From: Gemmatimonadales bacterium
GTDB lineage: Bacteria; Gemmatimonadota; Gemmatimonadetes; Gemmatimonadales; GWC2-71-9
Direction of reading: 5' to 3'
DNA: 64,000 bases
NCBI GenBank assembly: GCA_041615815.1
Contig: JBFJCP010000007.1
Coordinates: forward strand, 32,001-96,000
Position 1 is the first letter of the stretch. Each line of letters begins with the position of its first letter. A program made the translations under genes and the position numbers. Below are positions 38,098-47,662 of this stretch, in pieces. The notes beneath the pieces are model-generated. The model ran no database searches and was not told the origin of the DNA. It saw only the letters and a program-made list of their open reading frames with translations.

Positions 38098-40042
38098 GTC
38101 GCAATCTCCGGCTGCTAGTACCCCCTCACCGCACCCAGGATTCGACGCGCTGCAGGCGCTCACGGTACTCGGACGTCAACTCGCCGGGTCGTACCATCCG
38201 AGTTCCGCGGTCGAGCGCGTGGCCCGGACCATTCGCGAATCCCTCACCCCCGATACCTTTCTTATCGTCCTGACCGACCCGGATACCAACCGACAGTCCG
38301 TCGCCCACGCCCACAACTATGCAAGTCCCAAGCCGGAGGATCCACTGATCCAAGCTGTTATCCGGGACGGGGCCCGAGTGCTAAGCGTGATGCGACCCGA
38401 CGAACGAGACGCGCTGGGCGTCCGCATCGACACCGTCAAGTCCTGGGTCGGCGTACCCATCGTAGCAGCTGGGCGCACGATGGGCGTGATCTCGCTCACA
38501 TCCGGCACATCCGCGCGGTTCGTCGAATGGCATCGGGATTTTCTCGGCGCGATCGCCGCACAGCTAGCCATGGCCCTCGAGAACGCTCGCCTGTTGGAGT
38601 TGTTGGCCGAGGGGAAGCGAGAGTGGGAACAGTCGGTTCACGCAATCAGCCAGGCGTTTTGTGTCGTGGATGGAACGGGGATCATCCGGCGCGCCAACCG
38701 TGCCTTCGGCGAGTTGGCCAAGATCCCGGTGCCCTCTCTCACCGGCCAGCCATGGATCGCCGTCTTGCCGTCGGCTTGGGCGGACGCCGTGGCCCATGCG
38801 CTCAGCGAGCCCGGCGACGAGCGGACGGTCGATCTCAAAGCGGGGACCCGTCTCTACACTCTGTCCGCCTATGCGCTGCAAGAGCGCGAAGACGCGAGTG
38901 TGCTCGTGTTCGAAGACATGACGGACAAGCGGCACCTCCAAGAGCAGCTCATTCAATCCGAAAAAATGTCCGCCATTGGCCAGCTCATTGCCGGTGTCGC
39001 GCACGATCTCAACAATCCGCTGGCCTCTGTCGTCGGGTTTGCCGACTACTTGGTGGAAGAGAGCGGCGACACTCCCTCCCACCTGCGCGGCCCGCTTCGT
39101 GCCATCCGGCAAGAAGCGGAACGCGCGGCAAACATTGTGCGCAATCTCCTCAGCTTTGCTCGCAAACACGAGGGACAGCGACGTGCACAACATGTGGGAC
39201 CGCTCATCGACGCCACGATTCTCCTGCTCAAGAACCAGCTCACGGCGAGCAAGGTGGAAGCGGTGGTCCAGCTGGATCCTGATCTCCCCACGGTCGTAGT
39301 CGACCGCAATCAAATCCAGCAGGTATTCGTGAACATCATCAACAACGCGGCACAAGCGATCTTCACCACGCACGCCGGAGGCCAGATCACCATCTCCGCG
39401 AAACGATGGTTGGAGGGCGTCGCCGTCACCGTGGAGGACGACGGGCCCGGGATTCCGGACGGAGTCCGCGATCGCATCTTCGAGCCGTTCTTCACGACGA
39501 AGCCCGAAGGTGAGGGGACCGGACTCGGGCTCTCCATCTGCCAGGGTATCATCATGGAGCATGGTGGTCGCATCACGTTCAGCCCACGGGACGACGGCGG
39601 ATCGTCGTTTCGTATCGAGCTGCCCGGCGGGGCCGCCGAAGCGCTCCCCGAGCCCCCATTGGTGCGGGACACGGGAGCGTTGTCCTTGCTGGTGGTCGAC
39701 GACGAGCCGCACATCCAGCACTATCTCGTGGCGACACTCGAGGCGTGGGGCCACACGGTGTCCGTGGCCGCTGATGGAACCGAAGCCCTCGCACGGCTGG
39801 GCACCACCACGGAGTTCGACGTGATCATCTGCGATCTCCGGATGCCTCGGGTGGGTGGCCGGGAATTCTTCGAGACCCTTCGCCACCAATTCCCGACCAT
39901 GGTCCGGCGCGTCGTGTTCGCCACGGGCGATACGGTACGAGACGACGCGTTACAGTTCCTGGAGCAGGCGGGCCGGCCCTTTCTCCGCAAGCCGTTCACC
40001 CTTCGAGAGCTCCGGAGCGTCCTCGCCCAAGTGGCCCTGTAG
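38096..40042 (+). CDS. Hybrid sensor histidine kinase (GAF-PAS-HisKA-HATPase-receiver)
   Basis: GVAHDLNNPL, NAAQA, DDGPGI, PFFTTK, GTGLGL, VVDDE, DLRMP, KPF; start uncertain. Confidence 0.92.
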   Translation: MSQSPAASTPSPHPGFDALQALTVLGRQLAGSYHPSSAVERVARTIRESLTPDTFLIVLTDPDTNRQSVAHAHNYASPKPEDPLIQAVIRDGARVLSVMRPDERDALGVRIDTVKSWVGVPIVAAGRTMGVISLTSGTSARFVEWHRDFLGAIAAQLAMALENARLLELLAEGKREWEQSVHAISQAFCVVDGTGIIRRANRAFGELAKIPVPSLTGQPWIAVLPSAWADAVAHALSEPGDERTVDLKAGTRLYTLSAYALQEREDASVLVFEDMTDKRHLQEQLIQSEKMSAIGQLIAGVAHDLNNPLASVVGFADYLVEESGDTPSHLRGPLRAIRQEAERAANIVRNLLSFARKHEGQRRAQHVGPLIDATILLLKNQLTASKVEAVVQLDPDLPTVVVDRNQIQQVFVNIINNAAQAIFTTHAGGQITISAKRWLEGVAVTVEDDGPGIPDGVRDRIFEPFFTTKPEGEGTGLGLSICQGIIMEHGGRITFSPRDDGGSSFRIELPGGAAEALPEPPLVRDTGALSLLVVDDEPHIQHYLVATLEAWGHTVSVAADGTEALARLGTTTEFDVIICDLRMPRVGGREFFETLRHQFPTMVRRVVFATGDTVRDDALQFLEQAGRPFLRKPFTLRELRSVLAQVAL

Positions 40043-40226
40043 GACCTGCCGCGCTCCACCCTTCCGCCCAGGTGTGAGCTGTTGGGTGCCAGCTGTTGAA
40101 GGGCGAGGACCGGGGCCACACCATCGGGGCGCTCCGTGCGGCGCTCGCACCTGATTACATTCTCAAGCGGACCTTTATGGGCCCCGTGCAGTATGGAGGG
40201 GTGGGAAGAAAGGAGTCGGCCGTTCC

Positions 40227-40973
40227 GTGATCTACGTGTGTGTCGTCGCCCACAACGATGCGGCAACCGTGGGACTGATGCTCTGGAAGGTCCGCCAGGT
40301 GATGGCGGAGCACCGGTGGGAGTATCATCTCCTCGTCGCGGACGACGGTTCCACGGACGGTACTGCCGAAACCCTGGATCTTTATCAGCGCGCGCTCCCG
40401 ATGAGCGTCATACGCCAGGATGGGCGTCGTGGATACGCCGCGAGCCTGGAAGCGTTGTTGCGAGAAGCCGTCAGCCGGACGGACCGGCCAAAGCGGGATG
40501 GTGCCATCACGCTACCGGCCAGCTTCGCCGTTTCCCCCACGGCGCTGCCCGAACTCCTCAAGCGGTTCGCCTCGGGGGCGGATCTGGTGGTCAGTGAATC
40601 GGCGGGCACCGACCAACCGCTCTGGGAGCGAGCGGTCCGACGCTCCGCCCCATGGCTGCTGCGGCCGGGACTGCAATTGGAGGGGATGCGAGACGTCACA
40701 TCCGGGGTTTGTCTGCTTCGGCTGAGCACATTGCGGCACTGCCTCCAGGATCGTGAAGCGCCTTTGCTCGAGACCGAGGGGTCGTGCGCCAACGCGGAGC
40801 TGATCGCGCGCGCCGCGACGAGCGCACGGCAGATCGCCGCCGTCTCCCTCGATATTCCCGCACCGACCGCGGCACCGCACGAGCGCCCGTCCCTGGGCAC
40901 GGTGTTTCAGCTCTTCCGCGCCGGGCGCCGGTTACGCGTCCCGGCGGCCTCGGCGAGGGTGCAACGAGCATGA
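40227..40973 (+). CDS. Glycosyltransferase family 2-like protein (degenerate DxD)
   Basis: VVAHND, VADDGSTDGT, GADLV, DVTSG; usual D-x-D position reads TLPASF. Confidence 0.75.
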   Translation: MIYVCVVAHNDAATVGLMLWKVRQVMAEHRWEYHLLVADDGSTDGTAETLDLYQRALPMSVIRQDGRRGYAASLEALLREAVSRTDRPKRDGAITLPASFAVSPTALPELLKRFASGADLVVSESAGTDQPLWERAVRRSAPWLLRPGLQLEGMRDVTSGVCLLRLSTLRHCLQDREAPLLETEGSCANAELIARAATSARQIAAVSLDIPAPTAAPHERPSLGTVFQLFRAGRRLRVPAASARVQRA

Positions 40974-41761
40974 GGATCAAACATTTCGTTACGATGGGCG
41001 GCCTCTGGGCGATGGCCGGATCCGTGCCCGCCACAGCCCAGACGGACCCATCCCCGATGGCCACAGAGCGGTTCGCCCCGGGGGAAACGCTGGTGTACGA
41101 CGCCCGATACGGCATCTTCACGGTGGGACGAGCGATGCTCCACGTCGCCGGGGTCGACACGGTGCGCGCCGAGCCGACCGTGCATGCCGTGTTCGTTTTG
41201 CAGGGCGGTATCCCCCTCTATCGCCTGCACAATCGGATGGACTCCTGGTTCGGCAAACGTGATTTCGCCTCGCGCCGCTTCGTGCAGGATTTTCACGAAG
41301 GCGGGAGTGACCGCTACACCGCTTACGAGATCTTCCCGGATTCCGGCTTTTACGAGGAACGCGGCCCGGCGGACACGGGGGTGGTGGACCGCCAGGAGAC
41401 GTCAGTAGATCCGCTGGACGACCTCGCGTTCTTCTACTTCGTGCGCGCCAACGCACTCGAAGTTGGCCGGCGATACGAGTTCGACCGATATTTTCGTCCG
41501 GACCGCAACCCCGTCGTGCTGCAGGTCATGGGTCGGGACACCTTGGACGTTCCCGCCGGCCGGTTTCCGACTATCGTCGTGCAGCCGATCATTCAGGGAC
41601 GGGGTATCCTCGCCGAGAGCAGCGAGCCGCGGATGTGGGTGAGCGACGACGAGCGCCGCCTCATCGTGCAGTTGAAGTCGAAGTTCCCTTTCGGCACCAT
41701 TACCCTGCGACTCAAAGACATCACCGACGCGCCGCCACAGGAGCTCCTAGCCGAGCGCTGA
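40970..41761 (+). CDS. DUF3108-like exported protein
   Basis: Signal peptide; GETLVY, VPAGRF, MWVSDDERRLIVQL. Confidence 0.75.
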   Translation: MRIKHFVTMGGLWAMAGSVPATAQTDPSPMATERFAPGETLVYDARYGIFTVGRAMLHVAGVDTVRAEPTVHAVFVLQGGIPLYRLHNRMDSWFGKRDFASRRFVQDFHEGGSDRYTAYEIFPDSGFYEERGPADTGVVDRQETSVDPLDDLAFFYFVRANALEVGRRYEFDRYFRPDRNPVVLQVMGRDTLDVPAGRFPTIVVQPIIQGRGILAESSEPRMWVSDDERRLIVQLKSKFPFGTITLRLKDITDAPPQELLAER

Positions 41762-41834
41762 GGGAACCGGGGATGGCGGAGACGCCCTCGCGGCGATACC
41801 CACGCCTTGATCCTGTGAACCGCGCGCCGCTCGC

Positions 41835-42053
41835 TCACGCGGCGTCCTCATGCCCGCGTATAGTGTCGCGGACTCGCCGCGCCGTTCGCGGGCTGATTAC
41901 TTTCAGGATCAAGTAGACGACGAATCCGATCGCCGCCAACCACAACAGCGACATCAGCAGCGACAGCGCGACGCCCAAGAGGCCAAACAGCAGTTTGAAC
42001 GCGACGATGCCCACCATGGCGAGCACCGCAAATCCCAGCAGGTTGCGTAGCAT
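41835..42053 (-). CDS. Small membrane protein
   Basis: 72 aa, two hydrophobic helices; SD GGAGG upstream. Confidence 0.8.
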   Translation of the reverse strand: MLRNLLGFAVLAMVGIVAFKLLFGLLGVALSLLMSLLWLAAIGFVVYLILKVISPRTARRVRDTIRGHEDAA

Positions 42054-42130
42054 ACGTTACCTCCGCGGACGTAAGCCTCGAAGCTCCCTACGAGGACACC
42101 GCTTCGTGGGTTTCGCAACCAGGTCCGGCC

Positions 42131-43240
42131 ATGTCCGTGCCTGAAGTCCTGGTCGTCGGTGGGGGGGTCGTGGGTGCCGCCTGTGCCCGAGCGCTGGCAC
42201 ACCGCGGCGTGACGGTGATGGTCGTGGATGCCGGTCCCAAGTCCGGCGTGGCGACACAGGCAGCCGCGGGAATGCTCGCACCGTTTGCGGAGGCCATCTC
42301 CGAGGACCCCCTGCTCTCGCTCACGGTCCGTGCGCGCGATTGGTATCGGGACGTGGCGCAGGCACTTTGGGAGGAGACGGGGATCGACATTGGGCTCTGG
42401 ACGGACGGTATTCTCCAGATCGCGTTCACCGACGCCGAAGCCGCTGAGGCCAAGAACGCGATCGCCTGGCAGCGGCAGAGCGGATTCGCCGCCGATTGGC
42501 TTTCGGCAGAGGACCTCCGAGAGCGCGTACCGGGAATTGCCGAGGACGCCATGGGGGCCGTGCTGGCGCCAGAGGACGGGGCATTGGAACCGATTCCCCT
42601 CCTCGCCGCGCTCTTGGACAGCGCCGAGGCTCGGGGGGCGCGCCTGGTCAAGGGTGAACGGGTGGAAGAGGTGTTGTTTGCGAACGGGAAGGTCAGCGGC
42701 GTCCGCACGACCGCCGAGCGACGGTCCTGTGCGCATCTGATCCTGGCCGCGGGATGCTGGACCGGCCGAATCGGCGGCTTGCCCCGGCCCGTATCGGTGG
42801 AACCCATCCGCGGTCAAATGGTGGCTCTCCCCTGGCCCAACGGTGAGCCACCGGCGGTCGTGTATGGCGCGGGTGGCTACGTCGTCTACCGAGGGGGAGA
42901 AGCGATCGCGGGGTCCACCATGGAGCACGTCGGCTTCGACACCTCGGTCACACCTGAAGGCGTGCGTCGCATCCTCCAGTCCGCCAGACGGATCTATCCG
43001 GCGCTTGCTGACGCGGAGGTGCTCCGCTCCTGGGCTGGGCTCCGACCCGGTACACCGGACGGACGGCCCATGCTGGGCAGAGATCCGGAGATCCCCAACC
43101 TCTGGTACGCCACCGGGCACGGCCGAAACGGGATCCTCCTGGCAGGTCTCACCGGAGAAATCCTGGGGCGGCTTTTCTTGGGCGAGACGGTGGAACACGA
43201 TCTCGAACCCCTCGACCCCGGGCGCTTCTGGACCGCCTGA
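42131..43240 (+). CDS. thiO: Glycine oxidase (FAD-dependent, DAO family)
   Basis: GGGVVG, AAAGMLAP, PIRGQ, WAGLRP, GHGRNGILL. Confidence 0.85.
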   Translation: MSVPEVLVVGGGVVGAACARALAHRGVTVMVVDAGPKSGVATQAAAGMLAPFAEAISEDPLLSLTVRARDWYRDVAQALWEETGIDIGLWTDGILQIAFTDAEAAEAKNAIAWQRQSGFAADWLSAEDLRERVPGIAEDAMGAVLAPEDGALEPIPLLAALLDSAEARGARLVKGERVEEVLFANGKVSGVRTTAERRSCAHLILAAGCWTGRIGGLPRPVSVEPIRGQMVALPWPNGEPPAVVYGAGGYVVYRGGEAIAGSTMEHVGFDTSVTPEGVRRILQSARRIYPALADAEVLRSWAGLRPGTPDGRPMLGRDPEIPNLWYATGHGRNGILLAGLTGEILGRLFLGETVEHDLEPLDPGRFWTA

Positions 43241-43340
43241 GCGTCCCCATCCAGGGAACAACGACCGTGCACCCGCGTTTCAACCAAACGGGTGAACGAT
43301 GCTGGTTTCCCCCCTACCCAGTGGCTATGTTTCCACCCCC

Positions 43341-44243
43341 ATGGACTTGGTGCAGCTGACGTCCCGCCGCGCAGATACCGCGCCCCAACGCAAACCCCCG
43401 TGGCTCAAGGTCAAGGCTCCGGGCGGTCCGAACTACGCCGACATCAAGGGGCTGATGCGGGAGCTGAGCCTGCACACCGTCTGCGAAGAAGCCCATTGTC
43501 CCAACATCGGTGAATGTTGGGAGCATCGGGCGGCAACATTCATGATCCTCGGCGATGTGTGCACGAGGAACTGCGCGTACTGTGCGGTGGCCCACGGCAC
43601 GCCGGCCCCGTACGATCCCGGGGAACCGCGCCGGCTCGCCGACGCCGTGGCAGCAATGGGGCTCCAGCACGTGGTCATCACGAGCGTGGATCGGGACGAT
43701 CTGCCCAACGGCGGCTCGGAGATCTTTGCGGGGTGCGTGGCTGAAATACGCGCGCGCCTGCCCGAGGCCTCGATCGAGTTGCTTATCCCGGACTTCAAGG
43801 GTTCCGACACCGCACTCCGTCTCGTCGTGGAGGCCGGTCCGAACATCCTGAATCACAATCTCGAGACCATTCAGCGACTGTACCGCATTGCCCGGCCGGG
43901 CGGCCGATACGACCGTGCCCTGCGACTCTTGCGGCGGGCAAAGGAGATGAATCCCGAACTCCTTACCAAGTCAGGCATCATGTGCGGACTCGGCGAGGAG
44001 TGGGATGAGCTCTTGGTGTCGATGCGCGACGTGCGGGATCAGGGAGTCGACATCCTCACCCTCGGACAGTATCTGCGGCCCTCGCGCGATCATCTTCCCG
44101 TCAGCCGGTACTACACCCCGGCGGAATTTGCGCAGTTGCGTGAGCACGGCCGCGGTCTGGGGTACGCCCATGTGGAAGCTGGCCCCCTGGTCCGCTCGTC
44201 GTACCACGCGTGGGAACAGGTCCAACGGGCGGCTGCGCTCTAA
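43341..44243 (+). CDS. lipA: Lipoyl synthase
   Basis: CEEAHCPNIGEC, CTRNCAYC, RSSY. Confidence 0.97.
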   Translation: MDLVQLTSRRADTAPQRKPPWLKVKAPGGPNYADIKGLMRELSLHTVCEEAHCPNIGECWEHRAATFMILGDVCTRNCAYCAVAHGTPAPYDPGEPRRLADAVAAMGLQHVVITSVDRDDLPNGGSEIFAGCVAEIRARLPEASIELLIPDFKGSDTALRLVVEAGPNILNHNLETIQRLYRIARPGGRYDRALRLLRRAKEMNPELLTKSGIMCGLGEEWDELLVSMRDVRDQGVDILTLGQYLRPSRDHLPVSRYYTPAEFAQLREHGRGLGYAHVEAGPLVRSSYHAWEQVQRAAAL

Positions 44244-44248
44244 CCGCA

Positions 44249-45247
44249 ATGGCTCAACCAGCGACCTATTCGGCACTCGATGCGGAGCGGGGCGATTTCT
44301 ATCTCCACCTTCTCCGCCAGATGGTCTTGATTCGTCGCTTCGAAGAGCGCGCGGGCGAGGCGTATGCCCAGGGCAAGATCGGCGGGTTCTGTCATTTGTA
44401 TATCGGACAGGAAGCGGTGGCGGTGGGCGCCATCGCCGCCCTGGGACCAGCGGACTACATCTTTACCAGCTATCGGGAGCATGCGCACGCCCTGGCGCGA
44501 GGCATGACGCCGCGCGCCGCCATGGCGGAGCTCTTCGGCAAGGTCACTGGCTGCTCCAAGGGCAAAGGTGGTTCGATGCACCTCTTCGACGTGTCCACGG
44601 GGTTCCTCGGTGGGCATGCGATCGTGGGTGCCCACCTGCCCCTGGCGGCCGGCGCCGCGTTTGCCGCAAAGTATCGCGGATCGGATCAGGTGACTGTCTG
44701 CTTCTTCGGCGAGGCCGCCGTGAACATCGGGGCGTTTCACGAGACCCTGAACATGGCCGCCCTCTGGAAGCTGCCGGTGATCTTTTTGTGCGAGAACAAC
44801 CGGTACGGCATGGGAACGGCCCTGGAGCGAGCCTCGGCGGTGTACGACATCTCGCAACGCGCCTGCTCGTACGACATGGCTTCGGAAATCGCGGACGGCA
44901 TGGACGTCCTCGCCATGTACGACGTCACGCACCGCGCGGTGGATCGGGCGAGGACCGAGGGTCTGCCGACACTCATCGAGGCTCGGACCTATCGCTATAT
45001 GGGACACTCGATGGCTGATCCTATTCACGGGCATTATCGCACCAAGGAAGAGTTGGAGGAACAGAAACAGCGGGATCCCATCGAGAGTTTCAAAGCTCGC
45101 CTGTTGGATGAAGGGCTGCTGGACGGCGAGACCTATGATCAGATGGAGTCCGTGATCGCCGACGACGTGGACGATTCCATCCGCTTCTCCGAGGAGAGCC
45201 CCGACCCGGATCCCGACGAACTCTTTCGCGACGTTTACCGCGACTGA
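44249..45247 (+). CDS. pdhA: Pyruvate dehydrogenase E1 alpha
   Basis: GFCHLYIGQEA, GKGGSMH, ENNRYGMGT, YRYMGHSMAD. Confidence 0.95.
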   Translation: MAQPATYSALDAERGDFYLHLLRQMVLIRRFEERAGEAYAQGKIGGFCHLYIGQEAVAVGAIAALGPADYIFTSYREHAHALARGMTPRAAMAELFGKVTGCSKGKGGSMHLFDVSTGFLGGHAIVGAHLPLAAGAAFAAKYRGSDQVTVCFFGEAAVNIGAFHETLNMAALWKLPVIFLCENNRYGMGTALERASAVYDISQRACSYDMASEIADGMDVLAMYDVTHRAVDRARTEGLPTLIEARTYRYMGHSMADPIHGHYRTKEELEEQKQRDPIESFKARLLDEGLLDGETYDQMESVIADDVDDSIRFSEESPDPDPDELFRDVYRD

Positions 45248-46230
45248 TGCCCACGATCACCTACCGCGACGCTCTGAATCAGGCGCTTCGGGAGGAGATG
45301 GAGCGCGACCCCAACGTGTTTCTCATGGGGGAAGAGGTGGGTGTGTATCAGGGCGCGTACAAGGTGAGCCGGGGACTCTTGGAGAAGTTTGGCGAGCAGC
45401 GGGTCGTCGATACCCCCATTGCCGAGCTCGGGTTTGCCGGCGTGGGGGTGGGTGCCGCCATGGTGGGGCTTCGTCCCATCATCGAGTTCATGACCTGGAA
45501 CTTCGCGCTCCTCGCCATTGACGAGGTCGTGAACGCCGCCGCCAAGATGCTGTATATGTCCGGAGGACAAATCCCCATTCCGATCGTATTCCGGGGACCC
45601 GGTGGCGCGGCCCTGCAGCTCGCGGCTCAACACTCGCAGGCCTTCGAGTCGTGGTATGCGCACGTGCCCGGTCTCAAAGTGGTGGCACCTGCCACCCCCT
45701 ACGACGCCAAGGGTCTCCTCAAGTCCGCTGTCCGTGACGACAACCCGGTGATGTTTCTCGAAGGCGAGATGCTCTACAACACCAAAGGCGACGTGCCCGA
45801 CGACGAGTATACCATCCCGTTGGGAGAGGCCGATGTGAAGCGGGAAGGCTCTGACGTAACCCTCATCGTGCACTCGAAGACCGTAGCCGTTGCCCTCAAG
45901 GCCGCCGATCGGCTCGCCAAGGAACTCGACGTCTCGGCGGAGATTGTCGATCTCCGGACCATTCGCCCCCTCGACACGGCGGCGATTGCGCAGAGCGTCC
46001 AGAAGACCAACCGATGTGTGGTGGTCGAGGAGGGTTGGCCGTTCTGCGGGATCGGTGCTCAGGTAGCCTTCGAGATCCAACGCGACGCTTTTGATCATCT
46101 CGACGCACCGGTCCTTCGCGTGACCGGTGCGGACGTGCCTATGCCGTATAACAAGAAGTTAGAACGTTCCGCGAAGCCGAGTCCGGACGCCGTCATCGAC
46201 GCCGTCAAGCAGGTCACCTACCTCGACTGA
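45247..46230 (+). CDS. pdhB: Pyruvate dehydrogenase E1 beta
   Basis: GEEVG, DTPIAE, EFMTWNF, AQHSQ. Confidence 0.95.
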   Translation: MPTITYRDALNQALREEMERDPNVFLMGEEVGVYQGAYKVSRGLLEKFGEQRVVDTPIAELGFAGVGVGAAMVGLRPIIEFMTWNFALLAIDEVVNAAAKMLYMSGGQIPIPIVFRGPGGAALQLAAQHSQAFESWYAHVPGLKVVAPATPYDAKGLLKSAVRDDNPVMFLEGEMLYNTKGDVPDDEYTIPLGEADVKREGSDVTLIVHSKTVAVALKAADRLAKELDVSAEIVDLRTIRPLDTAAIAQSVQKTNRCVVVEEGWPFCGIGAQVAFEIQRDAFDHLDAPVLRVTGADVPMPYNKKLERSAKPSPDAVIDAVKQVTYLD

Positions 46231-46242
46231 CCACGACACCTC

Positions 46243-47523
46243 ATGGCGACCAGAGTATTCATGGAAGCGCTCTCTCCCACCATGGAAGAGGGTAAGGTCG
46301 TGTCATGGCTGAAGCAGGAGGGTGAGGGGGTCAAGACCGGCGATGTCTTGGCGGAGGTCGAGACTGACAAGGCGGTGATGGAGCTCCAGGCACGTGGCGA
46401 CGGTGTGCTACGAAAGATCGTCGCCGAGGAAGGCGCCACCGTCGAGGTTGGCAGCTTGGTGGCCGTTATCGCGGCGCCCGACGAGGACATCGACGCGCTC
46501 CTCGAGGAGGGAGCGGGGAGCGGCGAGCGGGAACCGGGCAGGCAGGAGCAGGAAGCGGAGGGTGAGCAGCGGGCGGGAGCACCTACCGCAACCGTGGCAC
46601 CTCCGGTTCGAACACCGGGTCAGCCATCACCGCCCCCGGCTCGCCCCGCTCCACTTCCCGAAACGGCCGACGGCGCACGGATCAAAGCATCTCCGCTTGC
46701 GCGCCGGGTCGCTGCGGAACGCGGCATTGACCTCAAAATCGTCCAGGGTTCGGGTCCCGGAGGCCGGATCGTGCTCCGAGACGTCGAAGCGGCACAGGCG
46801 GAGCCACCCGTGCCCCCACCGGCCTTGGCGTTGCGTGACGAGGGGTTCGAGGACGCGAAGCTCTCGCAGATGCGAAAGACGATCGCCCGCCGTCTGGTCG
46901 AGTCCATCGGTCCGATCCCACACTTCTTCTTGACGACCGAAGTGGACATGGAACGGACGGCCGAGGCGCGCCAAGCACTGAACGCGCTCGGCGAGGAACC
47001 GCGCATCTCCTTCAACGATATCATCATGAAAGTCATCGCCGCCTCGCTTCGCGAGCATCGCGACTGCAACGCCTGGTGGCAAGAAGATCATATTCGGTAC
47101 TTCAACGAGGTCCACCTCGGGATGGCAGTCGCCATCGATGAAGGGCTCATCACCCCCGTCATTCGGCACGCGCACCAAAAGACTCTGCGGCAGATCGCCG
47201 TAGAAGCGCGCGCACTCGCCGAACGCGCGCGCGTGCGCAAACTGAAGCCGGAGGAGTACACGGGCGCAACGTTCTCGGTGTCCAATCTAGGCATGCTGGA
47301 CATCGACCAATTCACCGCCGTCATCAATCCTCCAGAAGCCGGCATCGTGGCCATCGGGAGCATTACCGAGAAGCCGGTCGTAGTGGATGGGGCGGTGGTG
47401 GTGCGCAAGCGCATGCGGATGACCATGAGCTGTGACCATCGAGTCATCGATGGCGCAACCGGAGCCCGATTCCTCCAGACCGTGCGTCGCATGCTGGAGA
47501 ATCCACTAGCGATCGTCTGGTAG
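46243..47523 (+). CDS. pdhC: Pyruvate dehydrogenase E2 dihydrolipoamide acetyltransferase (one lipoyl domain)
   Basis: ETDKA, ASPLARR, DHRVIDG. Confidence 0.95.
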   Translation: MATRVFMEALSPTMEEGKVVSWLKQEGEGVKTGDVLAEVETDKAVMELQARGDGVLRKIVAEEGATVEVGSLVAVIAAPDEDIDALLEEGAGSGEREPGRQEQEAEGEQRAGAPTATVAPPVRTPGQPSPPPARPAPLPETADGARIKASPLARRVAAERGIDLKIVQGSGPGGRIVLRDVEAAQAEPPVPPPALALRDEGFEDAKLSQMRKTIARRLVESIGPIPHFFLTTEVDMERTAEARQALNALGEEPRISFNDIIMKVIAASLREHRDCNAWWQEDHIRYFNEVHLGMAVAIDEGLITPVIRHAHQKTLRQIAVEARALAERARVRKLKPEEYTGATFSVSNLGMLDIDQFTAVINPPEAGIVAIGSITEKPVVVDGAVVVRKRMRMTMSCDHRVIDGATGARFLQTVRRMLENPLAIVW

Positions 47524-47662
47524 ACGGGGACCCATCCCGCCGATCCCGCCTATGTTGTCCGCTACCTCGGTGCGGTGACCGGAACATTCAACGACGTGAA
47601 CGTGAAGATCGGCGGGGACGGGTAGCAGCAAGAGATCAACTCTCAAACTCAGGGATCCAAAC

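Noticed and set aside
47521..47625. Pyrrolysine/amber read-through of pdhC
   Set aside because: PdhC already ends at the normal family C-terminus, and no pyl genes are in the window.
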